Source of the DNA: Dicyema japonicum
Lineage: Eukaryota > Animalia > Dicyemida
Length of the DNA: 64,000 bases
Assembly (NCBI GenBank): GCA_011109175.1
Contig: RDEW01000005.1
Coordinates: forward strand, 496,001 to 560,000
Direction: 5' to 3'
The notes beneath the pieces were generated by a model, which did not search any database, was not told the origin of the DNA, and saw only the letters and a list, made by a program, of their open reading frames with translations. This document shows positions 25,571 to 37,027 of the stretch, one piece after another (position 1 is the stretch's first letter; each line of letters begins with the position of its first letter). The translations under genes were made by a program, and so were the position numbers.

Positions 25571-26574
25571 CAAGATGGAGTTCAAAATGTACACAACCAT
25601 TCAAGCTCGAAATGCTAGAACGGAATACCATAATACTATTTATGTAAGTTCCGTTCAGGGATCACGTGACGAGTTAGTTCGGTGTTACCGTGGTGAAGGA
25701 TTTTTCCATGATCTTTCGACAGTCAACAGCACGTGACGGTCCAAATATTCACTACAAAGAACCTCAAAGTGTGGGTGGGTCAGACTCAAAGAAGAGACGA
25801 AATGAGATACTTTTGACAGTCAAGATTATAAGACCATCAGGCTTTTTCTCTTGTCCAGACCCACGCAGTACCAAATACATCACGTGGATCTTTCGGGGCG
25901 TCCGCTCTCGGTTGTGATGTTTCTTCGCTAGAAGGTACCGGGGGTAAATCTTTCAAGAATTCATAGCATCTTACGACTAAATATTCATTAATCACCTTTG
26001 ATGGAGGATGGTCGATTCCCCAATATAAAATTTCTTTGATTTCTGAGTAGGATTATCAGATAATTGACAGTACTAAGCCAAGAGACTATGAGATCAATTT
26101 AACCATTATATTGTGTCTTAGAATAGTTGATGGATGCAGTCAAGTTAATTTTTGTTTCAGAATAAGAGAATTATTTTTGAAGGTTTTCTACGTCCACAAT
26201 AATCGCGACATAGGTAATTCTGTCATTAAATGTAATATCACCTGAATTAATCTTCCATATTAATAAATGTATTATGTTGATTTTTTGTCCCCATAATTTC
26301 CTTAGTCCTCAAACAAAATGTCATAAACCCCACACCTTCTCAAGCGAATAAGAGTATACGAATGGACTGATAGTTAATAAGGTAAAACCAGTTTTATCCG
26401 CACGTGGTAAATTCTAAGCTCTTGTGTGTCCATGTACGTCTTGTGTCCGCAGTATTAATTATTTGTAGAGGGATTTTTACATGGGATTTTCAAATGAAGT
26501 GAAAATGACATTTTTAGGATCAATGAGAGAATGGTTCCCGACATTTGAATTTGCATTCAAAAACTCGAGGTTGA

Positions 26575-26750
26575 GCGGTGGACTCTTATCTGTCCCAGGC
26601 AGGACACACTCTTTATTTAAGTAAAGAACAGTTATCATAACTAATCGGAAATAGAGAACCAAAGAATGCTCTTCACTTCTTTTTGTTACTTGAGTCCTTT
26701 ATATACGATCCGACTGATGACGGCGTCACTCGTCAAGCCAATGGACTAGT
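26575..26750 (-). mobile_element. SINE body type A, core and 3' part
   Basis: Reverse complement of the core and 3' body seen at 35280-35440. Confidence 0.7.
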
Positions 26751-27299
26751 GTGATTGAATGACCATGGAGTGGATCATAGCTTTATAATATGACTGAAGC
26801 TTATGATACGACTGCGCGCCAATCGAGAAGCGCTGATTTAGAGAGATAACGACTCAAAAGAGGGGCTTAATTCATAAGAAATTCGAAAAAACGTGGAATT
26901 TTGGTTGAAGCTTGCTTACGAGAGAAATCTTCGTATACCGATTCCTCTATGGTTTGATGGAAAAATTTTATTCGAGGTTTTAAAAACCGCAAAAAAGTAT
27001 CTGCGACACCCTGCGTTTGGTTGATTTCTTGGAGAGACTTTCTGTTTAGAGGTCGATTGGCAGGCTCTAGTGTTTTGTATTACTTCCCCTTAGCAGTGTT
27101 AACTTTAATAATAATAACTTAACAGTGAGTTTCATCACTCCGTAAATGAGAGGGTTAATCCCAAATTTCTGTTAAATATATTCAAGCAGATTAATGGTGA
27201 ATGAGAACCCTAGAAGGAACGAGCCGAACTGTGCTTTAGCGATAATTTTTTTTAGCAAATCCCCGTTACCAGTAAACATTGTTTATGGTTTCGCTTTTG

Positions 27300-27510
27300 C
27301 GCAGAACAAACACACTTTATTTTAAGCAAAGAACATTTATCATAGATGAAAGAGAACCAAGGAATGCTCTTCACTTTTTTGTTTTCTTATTCTTGGGTAT
27401 ATGTACTGGTCGGGTGGCACAGGGTGACGGTCGCCGGGGTAGAAGCCTGAAGGTCGCTAGTTCGAATCCCGATACTGCATATTTCGGTTGAAGTTACTAC
27501 AAATCAAAAT
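27300..27510. mobile_element. SINE type A copy with an inverted 5' half and deleted core
   Basis: 27300-27406 is the 3' body on the minus strand. 27407-27500 is the tRNA head on the plus strand. Confidence 0.68.
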
Positions 27511-27799
27511 TGCATAATACATTCCTATGCTTGTGTCATCACTACTAATAGTAAATCCACATCGTTGCCACATAATCGAGTCGTCCCCGTGGATTAACCC
27601 CATTAGACCCAACTCTTCTCGAACATTCTCCATAGTAACTTGCAAATAAATTGCAGAATATAGGCGAAGGAAAGTCATACTGAGAAGTACTGTTGTGAAT
27701 ATTTCCAAATAACTTTCATCCACCTTCATTTTAAGACTTAAGGGTCTGGGGAGTCTCTTCAAAAAATTCAAGAAAACAGTGAATAACCTCCACTAGGAG

Positions 27800-28300
27800 A
27801 CCCGTTACCTATCATGAGGCATCTCTTTTGTATCTAAAATCGCTCCTCTGAAAGATAAACAGGAATAATAGTGCACGCAGATATTGTTGACTAATTTCAA
27901 ATGATTACCGCTTTAATAAAGAAGTACAGGGAAAGCTGACTGAATGGTTCCTAACATTAATCACGGAACTTAAAAGAGAGAAAACAGGACAGATAAGAAT
28001 TGCCACAAAACCAAAGTGGGCTTCCTCAGAGACAACGACATAAGAAAAAAGCTAGCAAATGCGTACTGCACAAGATCAAGAAAACTTGGTTCACCCGTAA
28101 AGGATTCCTTTATCTACAGAGAATGAGAAGCACAGAGATTTCATAAGAAATCCTTGATGAAAGAGGGGGCTGTTTGGGAATATAATTCGTCTAGATATAG
28201 AGACTCCTGCAAACCTACCATGGAGGACTTTTTGCTTTGGACACTCCACGTTTTCGTGGTAGACCAAGACCTTAAAGAAACCGATAGACACCTCAGCCTT
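27800..28300 (+). mobile_element. Heavily degraded copy of the RTE family seen at 1-1510
   Basis: GLFGNIIRLDIETPAN...RFRGRPR parallels SLFGHILRLNAQVPAN...FRGRPR. Confidence 0.65.
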
Positions 28301-28684
28301 CCATTTAGGAGCCCTTGATGATTTCTATAATAAAGTCAAAATGGGTATGTATTTCCGCATCAGTAACTCTTTTACAGGAAATCTCATTAACCAAGGTCCT
28401 CTATCTTTTATACCAAACATCTCCCAATACTTAAGACATTTCAAACTCTTCCATTTTGTAAAAACACTTTCCCTTTTTCTATGAGCATATGGATATTTGT
28501 GGTTTCGTTAATGCCGTACTCCCTACCGTCCTTTCTACTAATTTCTTCATGTAGACCAGACAGACTGAGAGTTTGATGGAAATAAAACATTACTAGGGAG
28601 GTTTCAACCACTAAGACAATCAATAACTCCTTTTTTCACAAATTTCTCTTAAATATTATTCGATTAAGTTCAAAGCACCAAAAG

Positions 28685-28935
28685 GCCTAATTAAGATATA
28701 TCCCACGGTTAGAGTGATACCCATCCTGTCCATCCACATCCGCCATTGTAGAACCCATCCAGTGTAGTAGGGAAAAGATAGATCCTTTATCTGATGCTGT
28801 CCAGACACGTGAATCAACTAACCCCTCTTAGGATTTAATGAATGAACAGAGCAAAACGCAATCCCTCGACCAGGCAGGTAGCAGCGTTGGAATCGAACCC
28901 ACAGCTGATAGCGACAGCACTATGCTACCTGGTCC
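28685..28935 (-). mobile_element. SINE body type B carrying a tRNA head
   Basis: The reverse strand has TAGCATAGTG...GGTTCGATTCC, then tgtctggacagcat..aaaggatc...ctacactggatgggttctacaa and a final cttaattag. Confidence 0.65.
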
Positions 28936-29073
28936 ATAGATAACATCATCCGACATAAGTGTGATCCTAAAGACTATTTTTTAATTTTATTAATTAATAA
29001 AATTTATTTTTAAAATTTTTAAAATAAATTTCTTTATTAAACCACAGAAATTATCGGATTAAAAAAATAAGAA

Positions 29074-30615
29074 TCAAAAGTCAATGTCGTTAATGAAATT
29101 GTTCATCATTTCCAGGGCTGCTTCAGGTTGATCAGTTGGGACCAAATGTCCAGAATTTCTAACCATAATGTGTTTAAAGTTCCCTGATTCACGAACATAT
29201 CCGTTAACTCGCTTGGGAGATGTTTTAGAATACCAGATTCTCTGTGGTGCTTTGTTGAAAACTTCTTTTCCACCCCATTTCAAATTTTTCAAAAATTCTG
29301 AAGTCAACGAGGGACCCACAAGAGGATCCAACTGACCATTGAAAAGCAGAGTCTTTGAAGTGACAAACAAGTAAACCTTATATCCAGAATCGAGGACATA
29401 TCCGAATACAGAAGCCATTGACTTCATCACATCCACACTCATAACATAATTCACTTCCATCGATGTTTTATCGTACACAACACCACCAGCGTTTATTTTC
29501 TTGGAGTTTTGTTGGAGAAACTCAGGGAAATAATATGTCTCGGACTACAGTTGAAAAATCAAGTCAACTCCGTCATATCGGATGTTGTTGGAGTTAGAAA
29601 GCCCCGTCATATTCGAGAACAAGGTGGGGTAGGGAAAGCTGTCCCCTTCGATGAGTTCGTCGACATACTATTTTATAGAGGCTGTAACCACCCAAGTACT
29701 ATTCAAATAATCCTCCCTGACAAGGCACTCGCGAATTAAATTCTTTGTATTTGTCGAATTTTTCAATTTGGTTGTCGAAAATAAGTCCACTGTAGAATAG
29801 ATTAGTCCCATAGTCGAGCATCTACCATAAATATGGATCACTTGCATTGTAAGGATCAATCATCCACCACCAATGGCCACTCCTTGCAGATTAATCTTAT
29901 CTGAATTATTCTCATTCCACTGATCAATCGCACGAACCGTGGCAGGAATGTATTTCCCTGCATAAGAAAGTCCACTAAAGTAAAGAGGATTTGTCTTCAA
30001 TTCAGGAAACAGCATGTAAAATTGTCGCATGCATCTAAAGTCACATTGACTATCTACTCTGATAAGAACTGACCAATCATTTCTTCACTTGATAAAAAAC
30101 ATTCTTTCTCTGAGAAACTGAATCCAACTCCAACCTAACATAAACATTACTAAAACTGGATTATCAATGAATATCACGTTGTACTCTTTTGTCCACGTGG
30201 ACTCTCTTTTAGAAACTAAAATATTTATGCAAATTGCACCAGTCAAGTCTTCATTTACGTAGTATGGACCAATTTGGGCAAAAATCCCCTTCATCGAAGA
30301 AGATCCAGGCCCCCCATTAAGCCACACCACAACCGGCGCAGAACGATTTCCATTCTTTAATGATTATCCATAAATATTTACTTCTGCTTTGAAATACCAA
30401 AAGAACATGTTCCTAGCGCAGTCATCACTCACTCTGAAGTATCCAGAATAACTCCCAATATTTTCAATAAATGATTCGACATAACTTAACTCCCTAGCTA
30501 GTTCGAATTCTCCACTATTTAAATAGTCTGTGACTATTAAAGGATCTGTTTTCTCGGATACGGCATTGCTCACATAATTAATTAATAAAATTAAAGAAAG
30601 TAAAGATAATTTCAT
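29074..30615 (-). CDS. CPVL: Secreted serine carboxypeptidase (S10; CPVL/vitellogenic-type), 8 exons, two 1-nt indels in this assembly
   Basis: Signal peptide, SYSGYFRV, MFFWYF, WLNGGPG, IDNPVGVGFS, nucleophile GLSYAG, NGQLD and GHLVPTDQP. Introns are 27, 24, 22, 23, 24 (GC-AG), 24 and 24 nt. A -1 at about 29864 and a +1 at about 29739 are needed. Confidence 0.88.
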
Positions 30616-30829
30616 TCGAAGTTGTAAAAATTTTATTATAAAACTGTATTAGGTTTAACAATCTAAAATAATTTTTTAAATTAATAAAAAATTTATTTTT
30701 ATTAATTTAAAAAATTTTCAGTCACAAAATGTTAATGTAGTCAAAGGGTTCCAGTATGGATTACAGGCATTGAGAATTACACCTTATGATCCTAGCTCAA
30801 TGTTCTGGAAAATAATCACATACTAAGCC

Positions 30830-30990
30830 CTCCTTTCCACAATCTTGCAAGACGCCCAATCAATGCACGTTGAGTCCCAAGCAAGACACCGTGGCGTGGT
30901 CGTTACGCCATCCGGCTTATTACCACCATTTCTGTCAAGTCAGATGGTCCCAGAGGTAGGACTAGAATTCTTTCCGGTCCCCGCGTTTAG
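30830..30990 (-). mobile_element. CRE-clade REL fragment
   Basis: NKPDGVTTTP..LAWDSTCID. Confidence 0.65.
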
Positions 30991-31109
30991 ATACGTGGAA
31001 GATGAATATCTATGGACCTTCTAGTTCTTGTAGCATTCGATCCTTGGATTTCATCCCTATCCTTTTGAGAAATAAAGTCATTTTGGTTATCAAACCCGCT
31101 TACTGTCTA

Positions 31110-31330
31110 CAGTTGCACAACTGTGTTAAGCACAGGGTCCAGACTCAATCTGGGACAGGAACGATTCTTATCTTACCCTGTTCAATCAGATTGGCGTCAT
31201 GTGATCCCCATGTCTTACCTGACGTCTAATGCCAAGATGGAGGAGTCCCTACAACTCAGGACAGAATGCTTTCTTCCATACTGGCTATGGATATTAACTT
31301 ATCTCTTTATGAAACTTCAGGGATCATAAG
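31110..31330 (+). mobile_element. Diverged SINE body type B
   Basis: TGGCGTCATGTGATCC hallmark at about 31191. Confidence 0.5.
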
Positions 31331-31899
31331 ACTCAAATCGACTTCCTTCTTAAATGCAGTCCTTGATATCAAAAATGGGAGAGACAGTTAGAAAAGTAGA
31401 ATGGTTGATTGAGAGCAAATTTTATACAACTATTGAGGGAATGTCCTCGCAATCACGAGAGCTTGACTCTACATGCGTCTGAATGAGATTTACACGTGAT
31501 TCGAGGTTAATTAATTACACTTAAGATATCAGTAGCGATCATTAATAGTGCCGAACTCTGAATTAACCCCCAGATTATTATTACCTATACAACCCCCTTT
31601 AAGGTGATTTATTTCACTTTTTAGTGATTTATTTTTGCTTGAAATATGAGTGATTGGCTGAAAAACCTAAAATAAGTTTTCTAGGCAGACCGCTCTCAAT
31701 CGGATAATTCGTTCTGGACATTATATTGTTTTAGTAAGGTTATTATTTTTCAGTGAGAATTTTGCACAACCCTCCTTTTAAGATCTCTAACGTAAATGAA
31801 CTACAAATTTCTAAAACTTTGTAACAAAAATCTTGACTTCAAATGCCACCCGACTCAAAACCTTCAGAATGGATACGAATAGGCGAGGATCGTTGTGAG

Positions 31900-32065
31900 G
31901 AGAGCTTCAAGTAATATGGGGAGAATTAACTATCATTTTAATTCCGTCCTGGTACTGGGCACAACCTGGGAGTCTCTCGCAGTAATCGAACGTAGAAAGA
32001 GAACATATGAAGATAACTTTCAACCAAGTAGCCAGCAGGGAGAATCGAACCATCACAATCATAAC
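31900..32065 (-). mobile_element. SINE body type B with B-box remnant
   Basis: The reverse strand has GGTTCGATTCT..ttggttgaaagtt...ccaggttgtgcccagtaccaggacgg. Confidence 0.55.
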
Positions 32066-32149
32066 TACTAAAATAATGAACTTTTTGTAACACAAGTCCC
32101 TTCGCAGGTTGGAATCTCCTTTCACGACCTCATCACTTATATTTCATTA

Positions 32150-32720
32150 CTCGCTGTGACGCAAGAGTCAAGGATCACATTTCTCCTCTAAAAGTTAGTC
32201 ATCCTGATCTCTACTACTTTTCTACCTATATTAACAGCTGATCTTCCTTATCTAGGGTTATGTTGAGCCGATTGTGCAAATCAATCTCTGCTCTACTCGA
32301 CTATTTTCCTCCAGAGCTTGATGTTTCTGGAATACAGTTCCGAGAAATTTAAGGACTCACAATCATGACTTTACATAGAATGTCTATTCGACACCCATTT
32401 TTGATCCGTCCAAAACTTCATAGCATTTGAATTTTTCTGGTAGCTTTAAACTTTTGAGATCAAATCAGTCTCTTATATCTTTCATATATACATTCAGTCT
32501 CCTCTCCAAGGTCATACTCGATCTTGATACGTCAGTATGTCATCTGCATATATCAGAGATCTTGTATTTGAAGTCTGGAAACCGACCATCGACACATTAA
32601 ACAGCAGAGGACTAAATTAGATCCTTGTGTGAGCCTTTTCTTCAATAATATCACATTTGAAAGGTAACGTTTGTACCATAAGGTTTTCTTCCAGCATATT
32701 TGAAATCCTTGGGAAAATAA
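32150..32720 (-). mobile_element. Degraded LINE RT, second family
   Basis: ILSPLLFNV and LIYADDIL; nucleotide similarity to 20700-20940. Confidence 0.7.
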
Positions 32721-32919
32721 TTTGTTTTATTATTTTATAAGTAGAGCAACTCGGTAGTTCGATGGATTCTTCTTCGGTTTTCCTGCCTTAGTTACCGTAC
32801 AACCGTTTTCTTCCAAACCATATAGTCCCTAACAAGTTAGTTTCTTATTAATCCCACTTGGTTTATGGAAAAATCGAAAATCATCTCACCTGTCGTAGGC
32901 ATTCACCGGAGGTCCTCGG

Positions 32920-33110
32920 AAGGAGAAAATTTCCCGTAACTAATTTCTTGACCCAGACGCATTCAGCAGAACCTTCACCCAAGCAAAATGATCCAGAGGG
33001 CGTTGTGGAGAGCTGAGGCCGATTCCAGAACTCACCGGAAGGAAAAGAATTGTCTACCGGTAAAATGAATAGATGGAATGCCGGCCAGCCAATGTAGGCT
33101 CAATTTTTGG
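32920..33110 (-). mobile_element. SINE body type B, subfamily of 45885-46150
   Basis: Reverse complement matches tggctggtcgg..catctattcatt..gacaatt..gagttctgga.tcg.cctcagctc. Confidence 0.65.
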
Positions 33111-33289
33111 TCAATGCTACGATATAACATGGTTTGATGCATACAATCACATCCAGTCAATAAACATATGTTCAGTTACTAGCCCCAGCTTCACTAGGAT
33201 GTAGAAGACCAATGACCAGATCTTTAAACACACAACCTCAAAATAAAACAACTAAAAATCAAAATTACAACAAAATTCATCAAAATTAA

Positions 33290-34823
33290 TTAAAATTGTT
33301 TTCTCTTAAATATTTGTGGTTTCCAATCAACAGGATGAGACTCCTCCGTCTAAGAGTAACCCACATTAATACGGCAGAATCGTCCTCTTTGTATATTTTA
33401 ATGGTTTTATCAGCCTCCGCGGTAATCAAACGACTCCCAGAAATGTCGAATGTAACCGCAAAAATTCCACTCTCGGCGTCCATAGACCCGGGTTGAACGG
33501 GGGCGTGATATTTCTGAAAGTTGTACCCGGTCTTCCAATCCCAGAAATGAAGAGTCCCGTTGTCCCCTAAAGTCATAAAGGCCACAACCTCCTGAAACGA
33601 CCACATTATCGTCGTTTACAGCCAATCCGTTGATAATCGACTTGTGACCACTCAGATTCTGCAGGAAAACCCCATCGGGGCACTTGAACTGCTTTATATT
33701 GTCGGGGGAAGCCGAAGCAAAGCAGTAGCTAAGCTATATAACACGAAAAACAGCGATGGGTGGATGACGATAGCTCTGATACTCTTTTTGTGGTGAGTCA
33801 AAGTCGAATGTGTCTTTCCTGTTCTGAGGTCCCACAGTCTCACCGTATGGTCGTGACTTCCAGTGATCAGTTGAGGCTCGTATTGCTGGGACTTTACCAC
33901 GGCAACTGAATTTGAGTGACTCGACAATGTGTATACACATGCCTTCGTCCTCATATCCCACACACGTGCCGTGGAATCGGCCCCTCCTGTGAACAGAATA
34001 TCCAGTTTGGGGTGGATGTCAATCGAATACACAGCGTTTAGGTGTCCGTGATAGTGTCGAATCACCTATTTCCGTAATTTCAAGGAAAACGACCTTATTG
34101 CATTCCAAGTCCCAGCATTTGATCTGCTTGTCGTCCCCACAGGAAAACATGTATGGGTGATTATGGCTTACCACGACACCTCGGACTGAGCCCACGTGGC
34201 CAGTCAAGGAAAGTTTCAGCTCACACGAAGCAAGGTCCCAAATCTAGGTTATTACATCAGAAAACCTTTATGATTCGATCAGCGCCACCGGAAACAAACC
34301 ATGAGTTTCCTGGCTCCACGGAAAGCGACCTAACCCAACCCACGTGTCCACATAAAACGCGGTAGAGCTTCCAGGGTGGGTGCCATTGTGGTTTGGGTTG
34401 AACAGGAGCCTTCAGACAGGCTACAGTGCCCTGATAGGATGGAACCAGTTCATTTGAGAATGACTCATTAGAGGGGACTTCACTGAAATGGTGAAAACGT
34501 GACAAACCTTTGGCGGGTTTCTACATTGCTGACTGTGAAGATCCTTTCCTTTTTGACCTCCTTACGTGGATTGAGCAGTTCATCCAGAGAATCGTGTTTG
34601 GGGTTCGGAGTAATACCAAACTGATGTCTTAGCTTGGATTTAAGGCTTAAATTGTCACTGAGAGTGAATGACTTAAATAGTACCTCTGTTGGTTGCTTTC
34701 TGGCAGAAATGAATGGTCGGAAATAAACATATCACGACTGCGTTTGAGAGATCTGTAGATTAGGGTATGAAGTGTCTGCTTTGTGACTGGCTATCAATAA
34801 ATTAACAAGTATACATCCTCCAT
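33290..34823 (-). CDS. PLRG1: Pleiotropic regulator 1 (Prp46), WD40 subunit of the NTC/Prp19 spliceosome complex, 9 exons
   Basis: Splices with no disruption using introns of 24, 26, 25, 22, 28, 23, 22 and 23 nt. Motifs [43 protein letters not shown] and C-terminal [19 protein letters not shown]. Confidence 0.97.
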
Positions 34824-34901
34824 ATGCACAAAGATGTGATATTCTATTTATTTGAATTTAAATTTATTTTTATAATATTTTTGTTTTTATTTAAATTAAT
34901 A

Positions 34902-35025
34902 TACAGTGAAGTCCCTCTAATTGGCCAACCCTTTAATTGGCCAATTTATGGCTAAAAGTTCACGTAGGGTTTCAAAAAAGACAATTTTCCTTAAGAAATT
35001 GGCCAATTCTCAAATTGGCCACTCA
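34902..35025 (+). mobile_element. Solo left end of a pogo/Tigger-like DNA transposon or MITE
   Basis: TA|CAGTGAAGTCCCTCTAATTGGCCA with about five AATTGGCCA subterminal repeats; no right end found. Confidence 0.55.
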
Positions 35026-35209
35026 TTATTAAAAACAAAATTTATTTTTACTAATCTTTTTCAATTATTTTATTAAAAAAATCCAAATTACAGACTAAAA
35101 ATTTTACCACGTGTTCGAAAGCTTCTCGTCAAGGGTTAATTGATTCCAAAAACTCGAAATTTTGAAATATTAAGACGATGATAATACTACACGTGTCAAA
35201 CAATTACTC

Positions 35210-35485
35210 AAAGTGAAGGTCGCTAGTTCGAATCCCGATACTGCACATTCGTTTGAAGGTTCCACGCATCAATATGCAATGGCTTGACGAGTGACGGCGT
35301 CATCAGTGAACTTCACTGTGGAGCCGGATATAAAGGACATACACCCAAGAAAACAAAGAAGTGAAGAGCATTCCTTAATCCTCCCTCGATTAGCTATTAT
35401 AACTATTCTTTGTTTAAAATAAAGTTTGTGTTCTGCATGAGGGAAGCTATATATGACTCCTCGGACAGTGCAAATATTATCATTA
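35210..35485 (+). mobile_element. SINE type A, 5'-truncated head with the longest body
   Basis: GCTAGTTCGAATCCCGATACTGCA, core with CAGTGAACTTCACTG, and a 3' body shared with 23440-23530. Confidence 0.78.
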
Positions 35486-35929
35486 CAAGACCCTTGTGTT
35501 TCTTTGTCAACATTCGAGGAGCCACTTTTTGAAAACGGGAGGGATTGCCAGTGGATCATTATAGAAGAATTCGTTAATTGTTAGAAGCTGAGATCACCAA
35601 ATTAGTTTGCTTTAACTTATTTTTGGTGGTTAGGTTTAAAAAATGAAAAGTCAGAAAAACCCCAAAAATTGCCCAGAAGGGCAGTAAAGGATGCATGTCT
35701 TCGTCGGTATACCTAATGACGTAAGTCTATTGTTTGAAATGTCTGTTTTCACATCTTAATTGATCAAAGTCTTTCGTCTTCTCAAGATGAGACAGGGGAT
35801 ATATAAACTTAAACAAAAAAGTTTAATTGCCCAAAGTATTCATGTTCAAATCCCGTCCTGCCCCAAAATTGAAAGAACTTGGAGTTCCCAAAGTCAGAAT
35901 GAGCTGCATGCCTTCCAAGCATCACATCC

Positions 35930-36110
35930 ACCCATATGGAACCCCACTAGTTGAGTAAGGAAGAGCGGGGTTATTTTTGTATGCTGGCCTGGTAGTCTAC
36001 TTGGATAGGTGGGATCACATAACGCCTTTTACTAAATGAAGGTGAGGAAGAGCAGAAATGAATTGTTTGACCAGGTAGGTAGTGGTGTGTGAAATGAACC
36101 CAAACGCGAC
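35930..36110 (-). mobile_element. SINE body type B with head remnant
   Basis: The reverse strand has ctacctacctggtc...ggcgttatgtgatcccacc...ccaggccagcat...ggggttcca. Confidence 0.58.
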
Positions 36111-37027
36111 TGTAATGTCAATTTTGGTTTTTTAAATAAATTATTTATTTCCTGTTTTACATAATTTTATTTAAACCATAGTTAGTTTAAAGTTTCAAAA
36201 AGTAGTACAACAGTTTCCTCTTTGAGGGAAAGAATGTATTGCTTTCAATCTACTATAAAGTTTGCTCTCCAGATTAGATTTGACGCTAAGTTAAATGGCC
36301 GTCAGTATGAAAGACTGTGACCCGTCTTTGTATGTTCAGCTTACTGTGGATTGACCGGTTGGGGAGTGATCCAAGTGTTGAGTCCAAACCCTTCGTGGAA
36401 AAACACAATATTTTCAACTCGTCACTTTAAAAATTATTTTAAAGCGAAAAATAAGAAGATATGTATAATCCCTTTTTGGATTTAAACTTAAAATTGAAAA
36501 CAATCTTCAAACTCTCTTAAGGGGAACACCAAACGAAGATTCGATCGCTCCTGAGAGGCCGGAATCCTCCTAATGACTCATTCACTGTCAAAATCACTAG
36601 CATTACCTTAATATTCGAGGATAGAATAAAATTGCGATATCTGTTTTCCCGAAAAAAACCCAGGCCTTCTAATACCCAAATTACTGAGAGGGGATTCCTC
36701 ACCCTCTTGCGATTGACTAGAAAAAGTCGGAAAAGATTTAATCTTTTGATTCCTGAACAAATTTCGTAATTTTTTAAGTATTTCATGAAATAGCGAGAAA
36801 GCAAGCCAAGGGATTATTCTGAATTTTTTACCTTCCATTCCCAATCCACACAGTTAAGAAAGGGCCTTACTGAGGCTAGTCATCTTGATCAGCGGACTAG
36901 AAATTTAAAATTTTATTTTCTTAATCCACTAATGCTCTTTACAAGTTTTAATTAAATAGATTAGACTACGAAAATAAAATATTCCTCACCACTGTAGGCT
37001 GTAATTTTTACAATTTAGAATCACAGG

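Noticed and set aside
25980-26100. KFYIGES on the minus strand, suggesting a Penelope GIY-YIG domain
   Set aside because: No upstream GVVY/CxxC, no Penelope RT and no hammerhead-bearing repeats nearby.
29855-29870. In-frame TGA in CPVL as possible stop-codon reassignment or readthrough
   Set aside because: Reading through loses the conserved DP motif. PLRG1, PNP and the RTE ORF use the standard code without internal stops.
36517-36890. Overlapping minus-strand ORFs upstream of the PTP gene
   Set aside because: Splice-like signals are present, but every model I tried ended in an early stop with no recognisable product.
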